Origin: Octopus bimaculoides
Lineage: Eukaryota
Reading direction: 5' to 3'
DNA length: 43,183 bases
Assembly: GCF_001194135.2 (NCBI RefSeq)
Contig: NC_068990.1
Coordinates: forward strand, 72,153,150-72,196,332
Shown here: in pieces, positions 22,560 through 33,939 of the stretch
Position numbering within the stretch: the first letter of the stretch is position 1
Layout: each line of letters starts with the position of its first letter
The notes under the pieces: model-generated
What the model was told of the DNA's origin: nothing
Databases searched by the model: none
Seen by the model: the letters and a program-made list of their open reading frames with translations, nothing else
Program-made: the position numbers and the translations under genes

Positions 22560-22875
22560 AGTGAAGGCACATGGCTTAGTCTTTAGGGTATTTGGTTCGT
22601 TGTCATAGGGTCACAAGTTTGATATCTGGCAGCACATTGTGTCCTTAAGCAAGGCATTTTATTTTCATGTTACTCCAGCTGGTAAAAGTGAGTAGTTCCT
22701 GTATTTCAAAGGGCCAGCCTTGTCACACTCTATGTCATGCTGAATCTCCTTGTGAACTGCCTTAAGGGTATGTATGCCTGTGGAGTGCTTAACCACTTGC
22801 ACATTAATTTCACAAGGAGGCTGTTCTGTTGATCAAATCAACTTGAGTGCTTACCATTACAACTGATGGAGTATC
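22560..22875 (+). mobile_element. tRNA-derived SINE family E
   Basis: gtgaaggcacatggcttagtctttagggtat head, ttgtgtccttaagcaaggca core, ttcaaagggccagccttgtcacactc body; homologous to the minus copy at 8340-8645. Confidence 0.8.
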
Positions 22876-23725
22876 ATGTAGGGTAATATAACTGAGTATG
22901 TCTTTCTCTCAAAATACATTTGCCTGATGTTTAAGTTTCCGTATTGTTGTTACTGCTGTCGTTAACCCTGGATAAGTCCTGATCAAGATGATTTATGAGC
23001 AAAAATGTTCCAGCTATGATCATCACTCTTATTTTCCAGTCATAGTGAATTGAAATTACAAAAGCAATTCGTTCTTTTTTAGGATGTATTTCAGGTAGTT
23101 TAGGTAAGCGATCACATAGAGACTTTCAAATTGCTGGTCATCTTGTTACTATTGCTGTTTAGCTTTAGTTATGTACTATCAAGGAGGCCAATGGTCATAC
23201 ATACTCTAAATGAAACCAGCTAATATATGTGTGTGTGTGTGTGTGTGTGTGTTTGTGTGTGTATGGGGAGATCTAGTATATTCAGAACTACTTTATAAAA
23301 TGTGTCTTTCAAAGAGGAATGATTTCATGGACATCCAGTCACTTAAATTGCTGCTCCAAGCTGTTGGAATGGTTGCATGCAAATTCCATCATTGGTCCAT
23401 AATAGAAAGTTTGCTGCTTCTTTGTAGTTGCTGTTATTGTTGTTGTTTAGCTTCATGTTAACCCCTCTCTGTTTGCATAGACCTATGGCCTAAAGCATAG
23501 TTTTCACAACCATCATTCCTTCATTATTTTTCAATCAAATTATATCTTGGACAACATTATCCTATGCAGTCAGAGTGAGATTTACATTAGATTTGTCAGC
23601 TATTTCTAGCAAAATTAAAATCCATACAGAGACTCACTTATTTGTTAGTGTATTAGCTCTGTTGTCAAGGGTAGGATAGTTACTGAATCTGTGAGGCCCT
23701 GCACTAAATGTCTGTGGGTATTTAA

Positions 23726-23941
23726 CAGTTTAATTTTCAGATTATCCTACCAAATATGATGCTTATTTATTCACATTATTTTGAATTAATCATGCATTAT
23801 CTCATAGCTTGGAGATCTCAATGATGTGATTCTTTGTTTTTTGAATGACATTTTAGCGTAGGTGTGAGAGGCCATATTTGGCCAGTTTTAACATAAGATA
23901 GGTAGGTTATTCGAGCTGGAAATGGCTAGTATTCTCAAGTG
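23726..23941 (+). mobile_element. piggyBac-like MITE, family P2 (about 215 bp), degraded
   Basis: TTAA at 23722-23725 and 23942-23945; body aligns with 24214-24427 (catgcattatc.catagc, gaatgacattttag.gtaggtgtgagagg). Confidence 0.75.
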
Positions 23942-24213
23942 TTAAATTTACTTTCCCAGTTGACCCAGAACATGATCTAGAATATGCTAAGATTCACTGT
24001 TGCAGGCTAGATGACTCTAAACGTCAAGCTACAAATCATGTGGATTAAGAGAAAAAGATAAGAATATAATTAATGTGATTTCTCCCTTCAGTAATCTCAT
24101 CTTTAACATCCTTGTTTCCTTAAGGAACAATTCATAGCAGTGTGCACTCAAATGCTGGTCAATCTACTTATGCTATTGGCCCCTAATAGCAGCAAAAGTA
24201 GCAGCTTTATTAA

Positions 24214-24427
24214 CCCTTTAGCAGTCAGATTACTCTGTCAATATAATATTTAATCACATTATCTTAAATTAACCATGCATTATCGCATAGCTTTGAAATT
24301 TGATGATGTAGTTCTTTGATTTTAGAATGACATTTTAGGGTAGGTGTGAGAGGCAAGATCTGGCCAGTTTGAGCATAAAACTGGTAGAATATTTTGGTTG
24401 GATATGGCTGGTTAAAATGCTAAAGAG
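24214..24427 (+). mobile_element. piggyBac-like MITE, family P2
   Basis: TTAA|CCCTTTAGCA...TGCTAAAGAG: TIR with one mismatch. Confidence 0.85.
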
Positions 24428-24583
24428 TGACCCAGTCAATATATGCATATGTAAAAGAACAGAAATGATTCCGCTTTAATAATAAGATATTTATAAGTTA
24501 AAAGTGGAAAAATTGTCAGAAAAGCCATTTCTATTCTTTATTTTAAATACACAATACTATACCAAGGACTTGCTATTACTTAT

Positions 24584-24614
<31 letters not shown>

Positions 24615-24800
24615 NNNNNNNNNNNNNNNNNNNNNNNNNNNNNNNNNNNNNNNNNNNNNNNNNNNNNNNNNNNNNNNNNNNNNNNNNNNNNNNNNNNNNN
24701 NNNNNNNNNNNNNNNNNNNNNNNNNNNNNNNNNNNNNNNNNNNNTATGTATATATGTATATATATATATATATATATGTATGTATATATATGTACATACA

Positions 24801-24977
24801 TATGACAGGCTTCTTTCAGTTTCCATCTGTCAACTGCCAAATCTACTCACAAGGTTTTAGGGCTTTGGTCAGCCTTAGGCTATAGTAGAAGACACTTGTC
24901 CAAGGTGCCATGCAGTGAGACTGAACCCGGAACCATGTGGTTGGCAAACAAACTTCTTATCACACAGCCACTGCTGA
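24801..24977 (-). mobile_element. SINE family A 5' half; its internal microsatellite contains gap 24615-24744
   Basis: gacaggcttctttcagtttcc...ggctatagtagaagacacttgtccaaggtgcc...gactgaacccggaaccatgtgg. Confidence 0.9.
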
Positions 24978-25476
24978 GCCTTTTTGTTTTAATGAAAAAA
25001 TATGCGGCATAAGATTTGACTGCTATATCTAGTCTATCAAGTTGAGCAACTTCTGTAGAGACTTGTACCTTGGCTTGGTTTTATTGTGCTTAAGAAAATA
25101 AATGCTGTCATCCAATGAAGGAAAAGAAGAATTAAAAATAAAAACAAACTCCAGTCCATGCACTAAACCAATTTCCTTTAGTTAAACTCATGTACATAGC
25201 TGAGCAGTCACAATAGATTTTCCTTCTGGCAAAATAGATTTTATGAAAATGAAAAAAGAAAAGAAAGAAAGAAGAAAAAGTGATAAAAATAAAATAAAAT
25301 AAAATCTGAAATGGAATTCTATTAAAAAAAATATGTAGTTCATGAACTCTAAACCAATTTTCTTTTGAGATAGGTAAACTAATAGATATATTATTTACAA
25401 TAGATTTTCTCCTGGCGAAAACCCAACAATTTTTCTCAAGAACTAGTACTCTATTTACACCACCCATCTACCAAAC

Positions 25477-25507
<31 letters not shown>

Positions 25508-25996
25508 AGTTTACTCCCAACTTAAAAAGCAAGTAAAAACAAGCCAAAAATGAAAAAAACATGATGCTATGCTGCCTGTCTTAAACAAGACACTTCTTTG
25601 AAGTCAAACTTTGTATCTTGCACAAGAACTATATACCTCAAGATACTGCACTCGTTGGAAAAAGAAAATTAGCATATTGTACAGATGGAATACAGCTCAC
25701 GCATCAGCAGTAGAAGTAATTTAAATTGCCCAAAGATTCTAAAGTGAAAGAAAAAAAAATGTAAAAACTAAAACTAAAAAAAAAAATGAAAAAAACCTAA
25801 ACAAAAACAAACAAAAAAACAAAACAAAAACGTAAGATAAATCAAAATAACAAAAATCAAATAAAAATCAGATTGCACTGTGGAAAACCACATGTTTAGG
25901 AATGAGCTATTTTTAACATTTGTGTGATCATTGAACTGCTTTATATATATATAATTTCTCCTGGCTGCTGATTTAAGGAACTCTTTAAACAGCATC

Positions 25997-26039
<43 letters not shown>

Positions 26040-26289
26040 TACTGAATTATATAGCATAAAAGACAACCTTGGTCTGTATTTTATTATTAAATCTTCCTAT
26101 TAGACCACAGTACACTATATATGTTTCGTACATGTGTACTTATACATGCCTGCTTAGACAAGCAAAGCACGAACACGCACACACAGACACACACACACAT
26201 ACATGCACATACATACACACACGCATGCATATCAACATATATTCATGCACATATGCCTGAACGCTGTATGTGCACGGATGCATATAAAC

Positions 26290-26349
<60 letters not shown>

Positions 26350-26381
26350 ACATACATATGTAAATATGTATGCATGTACAT

Positions 26382-26413
<32 letters not shown>

Positions 26414-26564
26414 GCATGTGGCTGCGTGTGTATATGCAAGGGGTGTTCCAAATATATTGAGCCAGACCATGAAATAATGAAAGGTATTCCTTTCATGCTA
26501 ATGTTGTTCAGTGCAAAATTTTTGGAGACCCCCATCACGTGTGTGTGTGTGTATGTGTATATAC

Positions 26565-26618
<54 letters not shown>

Positions 26619-26884
26619 CATCTATCTATCCATCCATCTCTCTCTCTCTCTTCTCTATCTATCTATCTATCTATCTATCCCTCTATCTATCTACCTATCT
26701 ATCTTTCTTCTTACCCATCTCCCCCTCTCGCGCTACTTCCTTCTGTTGTCCTGGCTTCTACTTCACTGCTATACACATCTCTCTCTTCCTCCTTGTTCCA
26801 CTTCCTCCCTCTACCATCCTCTCTGCTCATGTGTGACCTGTGGTCAACTCTCTTTTCACTCCAGCCACTATGAAGGTAAGCATA

Positions 26885-27498
26885 AGTGTGAGGCAGCTAT
26901 TGACCCAATTTACTGACTTTTCTGATGGCATGAATGGTGTTGATGAATGGTTGATTCTAGTGTTGATGAATGGTTGAATGACCAAATCCAAGCTCCTCTG
27001 CTACTTCCTCAATGTTACATTGAGATTTTTCTTCCACCAAGGTTTGCAGGACATCCTTGTTGAGCTCTACAGATCTTCCAGGATGAAGCTCATCTTCTAG
27101 GCTGTAGTTTTTGGCTTGGAATTTCTGGGATCACTGTTGAAACTGGCTTGCACTTATTGTCTGATCCCCATATACTGCATTAATATTCCTCACACTTTCT
27201 GTTGCGCTGTTGCCTTTATTGAACTCACAAAGCAAAATATGCTGAATATGCTCCTTTGTCACNNNNNNNNNNCACACTTTCTGTTGCGCTGTTGCCTTTA
27301 TTGAACTCACAAAGCAAAATATGCTGAATATGCTCCTTTGTCACTTCCATTATAGCTTTGAAAAAAATAACTGTTAAAATCAAATTGCACCATTCAAAAC
27401 TTGCACTATGAATAAGCACAAGGTAAAATTACTACCTGCTTTTACAGCAAGTTGATGTAGGTAGAAAAAAAAACTACATTATTTATGGAATGACCCAA
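26885..27498 (-). mobile_element. Mariner transposon 5' fragment (one TIR plus decayed N-terminal transposase)
   Basis: Minus strand starts TA|ttgggtcattccataaataatgtagttttt (mariner-type TIR); ATG at 27350. Reads MEVTKEHIQHILLCEFNKGNSATESVRNINAVYGDQ...SLEDE..PGRSVELNKDVLQTLVEE...EEVAEELGFGHSTIHQH / HAIRKVSKLGQ*LPH (decayed WVPHEL). No catalytic domain is seen. Confidence 0.9.
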
Positions 27499-27625
27499 TA
27501 CTTGACAGATGTGCTGGCAGCATTATCCTAACTCTGTCCTCATTTATCTCTAACAGGTATCCCCAGATGCTTAAGTGCCAACTTTTGCTGCTTTTGTTGT
27601 TTTTTATTTTTTACAATAATCTGTC

Positions 27626-27974
27626 TATTTAACAAAAGGCAGTTCTTTCTCTCGGTATGAAATTTATTTTGAAGCTTTGCATCATATAAATATTATATAT
27701 TAAGCCTAAATAGCTAAGCATAAGATGAACAGAAAAGTTAAAAGCTTGGCTTTTAAGTAGTGTAAGCCATTTGCAACATTAAAAGAAAGCTATGTTGCTA
27801 CCAAAGAAATAATCTCATAAATGTGTGTGTGTATAAATATATATATATGTAATTAAGAACACTTGATGGTTAAACAATTATGTGTATTTATGTTGAATAG
27901 TTAACACGGAAGTATGTTAGTTCAGAGTACTCATCCATGAAAATTTAGTAATGAAAGGGATAGAATTCAAACCA
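27626..27974. repeat. Direct repeat copy 1 (about 350 bp)
   Basis: Highly similar to 29924-30314, with long identical runs such as aagttaaaagcttggcttttaagt and gtaagccatttgcaacattaaaagaaagctatg. Confidence 0.92.
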
Positions 27975-27984
27975 TTTTTGAATT

Positions 27985-28500
27985 AAAACTTCAAATATCA
28001 CCTTTAGTGATATGGATGTTGAATATTGCTCCACGTGGCCAGAAACCTGAGTTGCATCTATCATAATTGGATAATATCTTTCAGTCTTTATTCTTGATTT
28101 AATCCAAAACATGATTCTGTTTATTATTGTTTACTGATGAATTCAGTTTGGGTCATAGTGAACTCAAAAACATTCACCTTTTTCTGGTAAATCTCCAATT
28201 TTTGCAGCATATTTTGCAAGAAATGGATTGTAATGGGCCAGGAGTTTCATGATCCCCAAAGAGTTCCTATTATAAATGTCCACAGTTTGCTGGAATGTGC
28301 CACAGAAAGCAAGTCTTTTTTACCACGATAAATTATCACATCAATTATCCTCATCTGTGTATTTTTTCCATCATTTCTCAGTCTCATTCATGATCCTGTT
28401 ACAAGACATCTCATCCATCCTAGAATCAATTTACCATTGCCTCCATTCTCATGTCATTCCTCAAGTCATGCTTTTACCATTTAGTTTTCTGACCTGGACA
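27985..28500 (-). mobile_element. hAT-superfamily transposase fragment (ZMYM1/DUF4371-like), decayed
   Basis: Minus strand with frameshifts: RIIDVIIY..K / LAFCG...NRNSLGIMKLLAHYNPFLAKY / TEFISK / IKTERYYPIMIDATQVSGHVEQ, matching LAFRG...GNFL.L..LLA.YDP.L..H, QNE.I and YSI..D.T.D.S..EQ. Confidence 0.8.
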
Positions 28501-28520
28501 TTTATGACTGGTATTCTTTT

Positions 28521-28967
28521 ATTCTTTTACTTGTTTTAGTCATTTGACAGCAGCCATGCTGGAGCACCACCTTAAAAGGTTTTAGTTGAACAAATCAACC
28601 CCTGGATTTATTCTTTGTAAGCCTAGTACTTATTCAATCAGCCTCTTTTGCCAAACCACTAAGTCACCAGGACGTAAACACACCAGCATCTGTTGTCAAA
28701 CAACGGCAGGGGGACAGACAGACAGACACACACACACACACACACGCGTATGTGCGCACATGCACAAATATATACATATATATATATGTATATAAATATA
28801 TATATACGACAAGCTTCTTTCAGTTTACGCCTACCAAATTCACTTACGAGGCTTTGGTCAGCCCATGGCTATAGCAGAAGACACTTGCCCAAGGTACCCC
28901 GCAGTGGGACTGAGCCCAGAATCATGTGGTTGGTAAGCAAGCTACTTACCACACAGCCACTCCTAGC
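28521..28967 (-). mobile_element. SINE family A, full length, with internal (CA)/(TA) tract
   Basis: End-to-end match to the reverse of 39758-40177. Confidence 0.92.
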
Positions 28968-29095
28968 AGTATTTTATCCATCTTTAAGTTCTGAGTTCAA
29001 ATTCCAGAAGCCAACCTTTCTTTTCATCTTTTTGGGGTTGATAAAATAAGTACCAGTTGTGCACTGGGATCAATGTAATTGACTTAACTACTCTT
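28968..29095 (+). mobile_element. SINE family B partial
   Basis: ttctgagttcaaattcc...tttcatcttttggggttgataaaataagtaccagttgtgcactggg. Confidence 0.8.
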
Positions 29096-29324
29096 GGGTA
29101 TGAGTATAAAAACTGTATCCCTCTGTCAAGCCATGTTGAGCCAGTATAGCAGAGTTGGTTCATCAAACCAGTATGAGCTCAAGCTCAAATCTATGGCCTC
29201 CACATCAGACCATGGTTGGTGAAGAGAGCATGATGAGGCCCTTGTCCTGCAGTGGAGTGAATATGGGAAAATCCAATCCAATCCAAAAGAATTACATAGG
29301 TGCAATAATTATAATTAATAATAA

Positions 29325-29367
<43 letters not shown>

Positions 29368-29923
29368 CGATGATGATGGTTGTGATGATGAAACTTTTAT
29401 AACAATTTAATACTTCATCATTAAAAAATTATAACTCACCAGTAAGTATTTTTTGTGAATATTTGCAAATAAAAATTAAAAGAAAGCTGAAAAAAATCTT
29501 CAACTAATATTCAATAGTTTTATTTTTAAAAATTTAGGAAAAAGATACGTTTATTGAGCGACTACACTATACTCATTTATTCTTTATTAATTCTGTTATA
29601 TATTTTTGAAGAAAAATCTTTTTTTTTACTTCTTTTATTTCAGATATTGAATTGTTTTTATTTTCATATTTTTGTCTAAAAAATTTTGTTTTGTTTCAAT
29701 TTGATGGACATCGATTAATTATCAATGACTGGGATTTGGACAAGTCATGAATAAATAGATGTAAATAAGTACTTTATGAAATTCAGTGAGGTTAGGTTGT
29801 CTTAGTTGCACTCATTTCAAATTAAAACTTTAATTAAAAATAAAAAAATAAAAACAACTTTAATATTAAGATAAAAATGTATAAAAACAGATATTGATAA
29901 GTGATAGCCATAAGATATTGCAT

Positions 29924-30314
29924 TATTTAACAAGAAACAATTCTTTCTCTTGATATGAAATTTATTTTAAAGCTTTGCATCGAATGGATATTATATTAAG
30001 CCTAAATATCTAAGCATAAGATGATCAGTAAAGTTAAAAGCTTGGCTTTTAAGTCATGTAAGCCATTTGCAACATTAAAAGAAAGCTATGCTGCTACCAA
30101 AGAAATAATCTCATAAATGTGTGTGTGTGTGTGTGTGTGTGTATAAATATGTATGTTATGTATGCATGTATGTAATTAAGAACTCTTGATGGTTAAACAA
30201 TTATGTGTATTTATGTTGAATACTTAACACAGAAGTATGTTGTTACTGATGCTAATTCAGAGTGCTCATTCATGAAAATTTAGTAATGAAAGGGAAGCTT
30301 TAGAATTCAAACCA
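29924..30314. repeat. Direct repeat copy 2 (about 390 bp, longer internal TG/TATG tracts)
   Basis: Matches 27626-27974; copy starts are 2298 bp apart. Confidence 0.92.
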
Positions 30315-30497
30315 ACCATTTCTGGACCAAATATTCTATTTGTTTTATGTTCAAACTGGCCAGATCTGGCCTCTAACACCTACCCTACAATGTCATTCTA
30401 AAACCGAACAGTCGCATCATCAGAATCTCAAAGTTAATTTAAAACAACATGAATGAATTAGCATTACATTTGACTCAGTAATCTGAATGCTAAAGGG
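30311..30497 (-). mobile_element. piggyBac-like MITE, family P2, one end missing
   Basis: Ends atctgaatgctAAAGGG|TTAA (30498-30501); body is the reverse of 24214-24427. Confidence 0.85.
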
Positions 30498-30514
30498 TTA
30501 AAATCTTAATTGGT

Positions 30515-30820
30515 CATATGGTTAGTGATATGATGGGTCATGTGATCTGTCTCATGATTAGTAGTGTTGTCAATGACAGTCATATTGACTGATATCAGTG
30601 GTTTTGCTTTGGAGCTAGTCACAAGGCTGATAGTATTGTCAGTGATGCTTGTTTTTCTTGACAGATGTCAGCTGGTGGCTCTGCTTTATGCTAATCATGT
30701 AGTTGTCAATGTTGTCCATAATGTTTGTTATATTTGACAGATATCAGCCAGCAGTTTTTGTTTTCGAGTTAATCACATGGTTAGTAGTAATGGTGATGAC
30801 ATCCACTTCTTTTGACAGGT
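30515..30820. repeat. Degenerate minisatellite, about 75 bp unit, about 4 copies
   Basis: Anchor ttgac(a/t)gat or ttgacag at 30585, 30658, 30734 and 30812; atc(a)catggttagtagt-like words recur in phase. Confidence 0.65.
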
Positions 30821-31020
30821 TTCATTCTTGAATACAGATTTTAAAAATATGTATTGTAGCAGAAGGGAAACTATTTTTCTTTTTTTTTTTTTGTACAAAG
30901 ACATTAGCTAGATTTTCCCACTGTATCTTAGAATTGGTTCTATTGTATGAGAATCTTCAATATGAGTCTGGCTGGAAGAGACAGAAAGTAACCTAATGTC
31001 ACCTAATATCTTTGTCTTTT

Positions 31021-31283
31021 ATCTTTTACTGGTTTCAGTCATTGGACTGCAGCCACGCTGGGACATCACCTTGAAGAATTAAGTCAAATGAATCGACCAC
31101 TGTACTTTTATCTTTAAGTCTGATAATTATTCTGTTGGTGTCATTTGCCAAGCTTCTTAGTTACAGGGGTGTAAACAAACCAACACCAGTACACCAGTTG
31201 TTATATGGTGGTGGGGAGAGCAAGCATAAACCCAGATATGCACATACACAGGCACATAGATATATGCTTACATATGCACATAC

Positions 31284-31324
<41 letters not shown>
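31021..31324 (-). mobile_element. SINE family A 3' half running into gap 31325-31908
   Basis: cttttactggtttcagtcattggactgcagccacgctgg...gaatcgacc...aaacaaaccaacacc. Confidence 0.8.
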
Positions 31325-31908
31325 NNNNNNNNNNNNNNNNNNNNNNNNNNNNNNNNNNNNNNNNNNNNNNNNNNNNNNNNNNNNNNNNNNNNNNNNNNNN
31401 NNNNNNNNNNNNNNNNNNNNNNNNNNNNNNNNNNNNNNNNNNNNNNNNNNNNNNNNNNNNNNNNNNNNNNNNNNNNNNNNNNNNNNNNNNNNNNNNNNNN
31501 NNNNNNNNNNNNNNNNNNNNNNNNNNNNNNNNNNNNNNNNNNNNNNNNNNNNNNNNNNNNNNNNNNNNNNNNNNNNNNNNNNNNNNNNNNNNNNNNNNNN
31601 NNNNNNNNNNNNNNNNNNNNNNNNNNNNNNNNNNNNNNNNNNNNNNNNNNNNNNNNNNNNNNNNNNNNNNNNNNNNNNNNNNNNNNNNNNNNNNNNNNNN
31701 NNNNNNNNNNNNNNNNNNNNNNNNNNNNNNNNNNNNNNNNNNNNNNNNNNNNNNNNNNNNNNNNNNNNNNNNNNNNNNNNNNNNNNNNNNNNNNNNNNNN
31801 NNNNNNNNNNNNNNNNNNNNNNNNNNNNNNNNNNNNNNNNNNNNNNNNNNNNNNNNNNNNNNNNNNNNNNNNNNNNNNNNNNNNNNNNNNNNNNNNNNNN
31901 NNNNNNNN

Positions 31909-31943
<35 letters not shown>

Positions 31944-32375
31944 AAATATAGGTTAAATCTTTATAAGAATTTATCAAGTAGTTAGCGTGAAAAAATCTCA
32001 TAAGAGAAAAATTTATTAATTATTCCCTATAAATATTTATTTATATTAAGGGCATTACTATACATAAATACCTCACGCTAGGAGGGACTCTAAAAGTCAA
32101 ACTACCATAATAAACATATATATATATATATATATATATATAGCGTACTGTTCCATGATAGTAAGATCAACGAAAAACGTACTCTATCTGGTGAGAGATA
32201 AATATTATCTAATAAACACAATATATATTTTTATGAGCTACAGTTAGTTTCATGCAATGGGAACAGCTCAGACAGCATTTTTTTAATGTGCCTGGTGTCA
32301 TCACTCAATCCACAGACTGTCTGAGGTGTTGTCATCACATGAAAATATATATTGTGTGTATTAAAAAATACATAC

Positions 32376-32415
<40 letters not shown>

Positions 32416-32653
32416 TGCATTGTGTTCTAGAGTAAAACACTTCATCTCATGTTGCTCTGCAATCATTTTGACATGTGACATGTGACACACTTGTGCACCT
32501 GTACAGATAATGTCAATTTGATGAAGGGAGTGAGCATATGTGAACACAAACATTTTATCACCATAAACAAATCAAGTGTGTAACTGTTTGGCAAGAAATT
32601 ACAGAACCCTCATACATTGTCTAACAATGAGAGAGTCCATGATTATGTGTATA

Positions 32654-32685
<32 letters not shown>

Positions 32686-32963
32686 NNNNNNNNNNNNNNN
32701 NNNNNNNNNNNNNNNNNNNNNNNNNNNNNNNNNNNNNNNNNNNNNNNNNNNNNNNNNNNNNNNNNNNNNNNNNNNNNNNNNNNNNNNNNNNNNNNNNNNN
32801 NNNNNNNNNNNNNNNNNNNNNNNNNNNNNNNNNNNNNNNNNNNNNNNNNNNNNNNNNNNNNNNNNNNNNNNNNNNNNNNNNNNNNNNNNNNNNNNNNNNN
32901 NNNNNNNNNNNNNNNNNNNNNNNNNNNNNNNNNNNNNNNNNNNNNNNNNNNNNNNNNNNNNNN

Positions 32964-33005
<42 letters not shown>

Positions 33006-33062
33006 TCCGTTTACATATTTGTTTTGCAAGATTTTTGATGTGAAATCGTGTGTTGAAACAGA

Positions 33063-33157
33063 TGTTGTACTTGGGGATGGTCATATTGCCAGTTTAGCCA
33101 ACAGTGCGTGTGTTTTTATTGGCTAAACTGGCAATATGACCATCCCCAAGTACAACA
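33063..33157. repeat. Perfect 39 bp inverted repeat with 17 nt loop
   Basis: 33063-33101 tgttgtacttggggatggtcatattgccagtttagccaa is the exact reverse complement of 33119-33157. Confidence 0.97.
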
Positions 33158-33295
33158 ACATATATATACATACATCTTGTTTTAATATTTCACATAGGCA
33201 TTGCAATGCTAATAACATGACGTAGAATTTGATATATGTGAAATGTTAGTTGAGTGCAAAGCAATTATAAGAAAAGAGATGACAAAGGAATAAAA

Positions 33296-33468
33296 GATTA
33301 TCTTAAGAACTTCATTAGCTTACAGCTGTTTCGACTATAAGATGTGTTGGACTCATAGCTGAGTGCCTGAATAACACCTTACGGTTTCATCAGACTGGTA
33401 CTCAACAATGAATCCACAAATTCTTATAATCGAAACACCTGTAAGCTAATGAATTTCATAAGATAATC
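33296..33468. repeat. 173 bp fold-back element
   Basis: Outer 47 bp arms differ at 4 positions (gattatcttaagaacttcattagcttacagctgtttcgactataaga versus the reverse complement of the right arm); looser pairing continues to the centre near 33380. Confidence 0.92.
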
Positions 33469-33908
33469 ATTTATACCTTTGCCATCTCTTTTTTATGTAT
33501 GTATATATATATTGTCTGTCCCTCCACCCACATGCTCTGTAACCTTGTTTTCAATTGCATGTATGAAACCTTTAGGCTAATTAAAAAAGGAGTCTTTTTC
33601 ATTTTAAAAAAAATAATTTTTAGATGGCTGTTTCAAAAAGAGAAAAAGAATAGGTCAAGAGAAAGAATTTCATATTTGAATATAGATGTGTGTGTGTGTG
33701 TGCGTGTGTGTATTTGTGCATGTGTTAATGTGTGTTTATTGTGTGTTTATTGTGTGTGTGTGTGTGCATACATACAAGCATACATATAAATAATTAGCTA
33801 GATAGATTGATTGACATAGATATATTGACTGATGAATAGATTGATAGATAGATAGGTAGGTTGATAGATACCGCACACACATATTTGCACACAACACATG
33901 TACATGCA

Positions 33909-33939
<31 letters not shown>

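Noticed and set aside
25637-25738. Minus-strand segment with strong acceptor and AG|GTATAT donor
   Set aside because: Stops in all frames; the shorter version using GTGAGC gives only a 13-residue peptide with no support.
26425-26535. Tiny Tc1/mariner-like MITE (ggggtgttccaaa...tttggagacccc)
   Set aside because: The TIR match is short and imperfect and no TA duplication is evident.
27626-30314. LTR retrotransposon interpretation of the direct repeats
   Set aside because: No TG/CA termini, primer-binding site, polypurine tract or gag/pol remnant.
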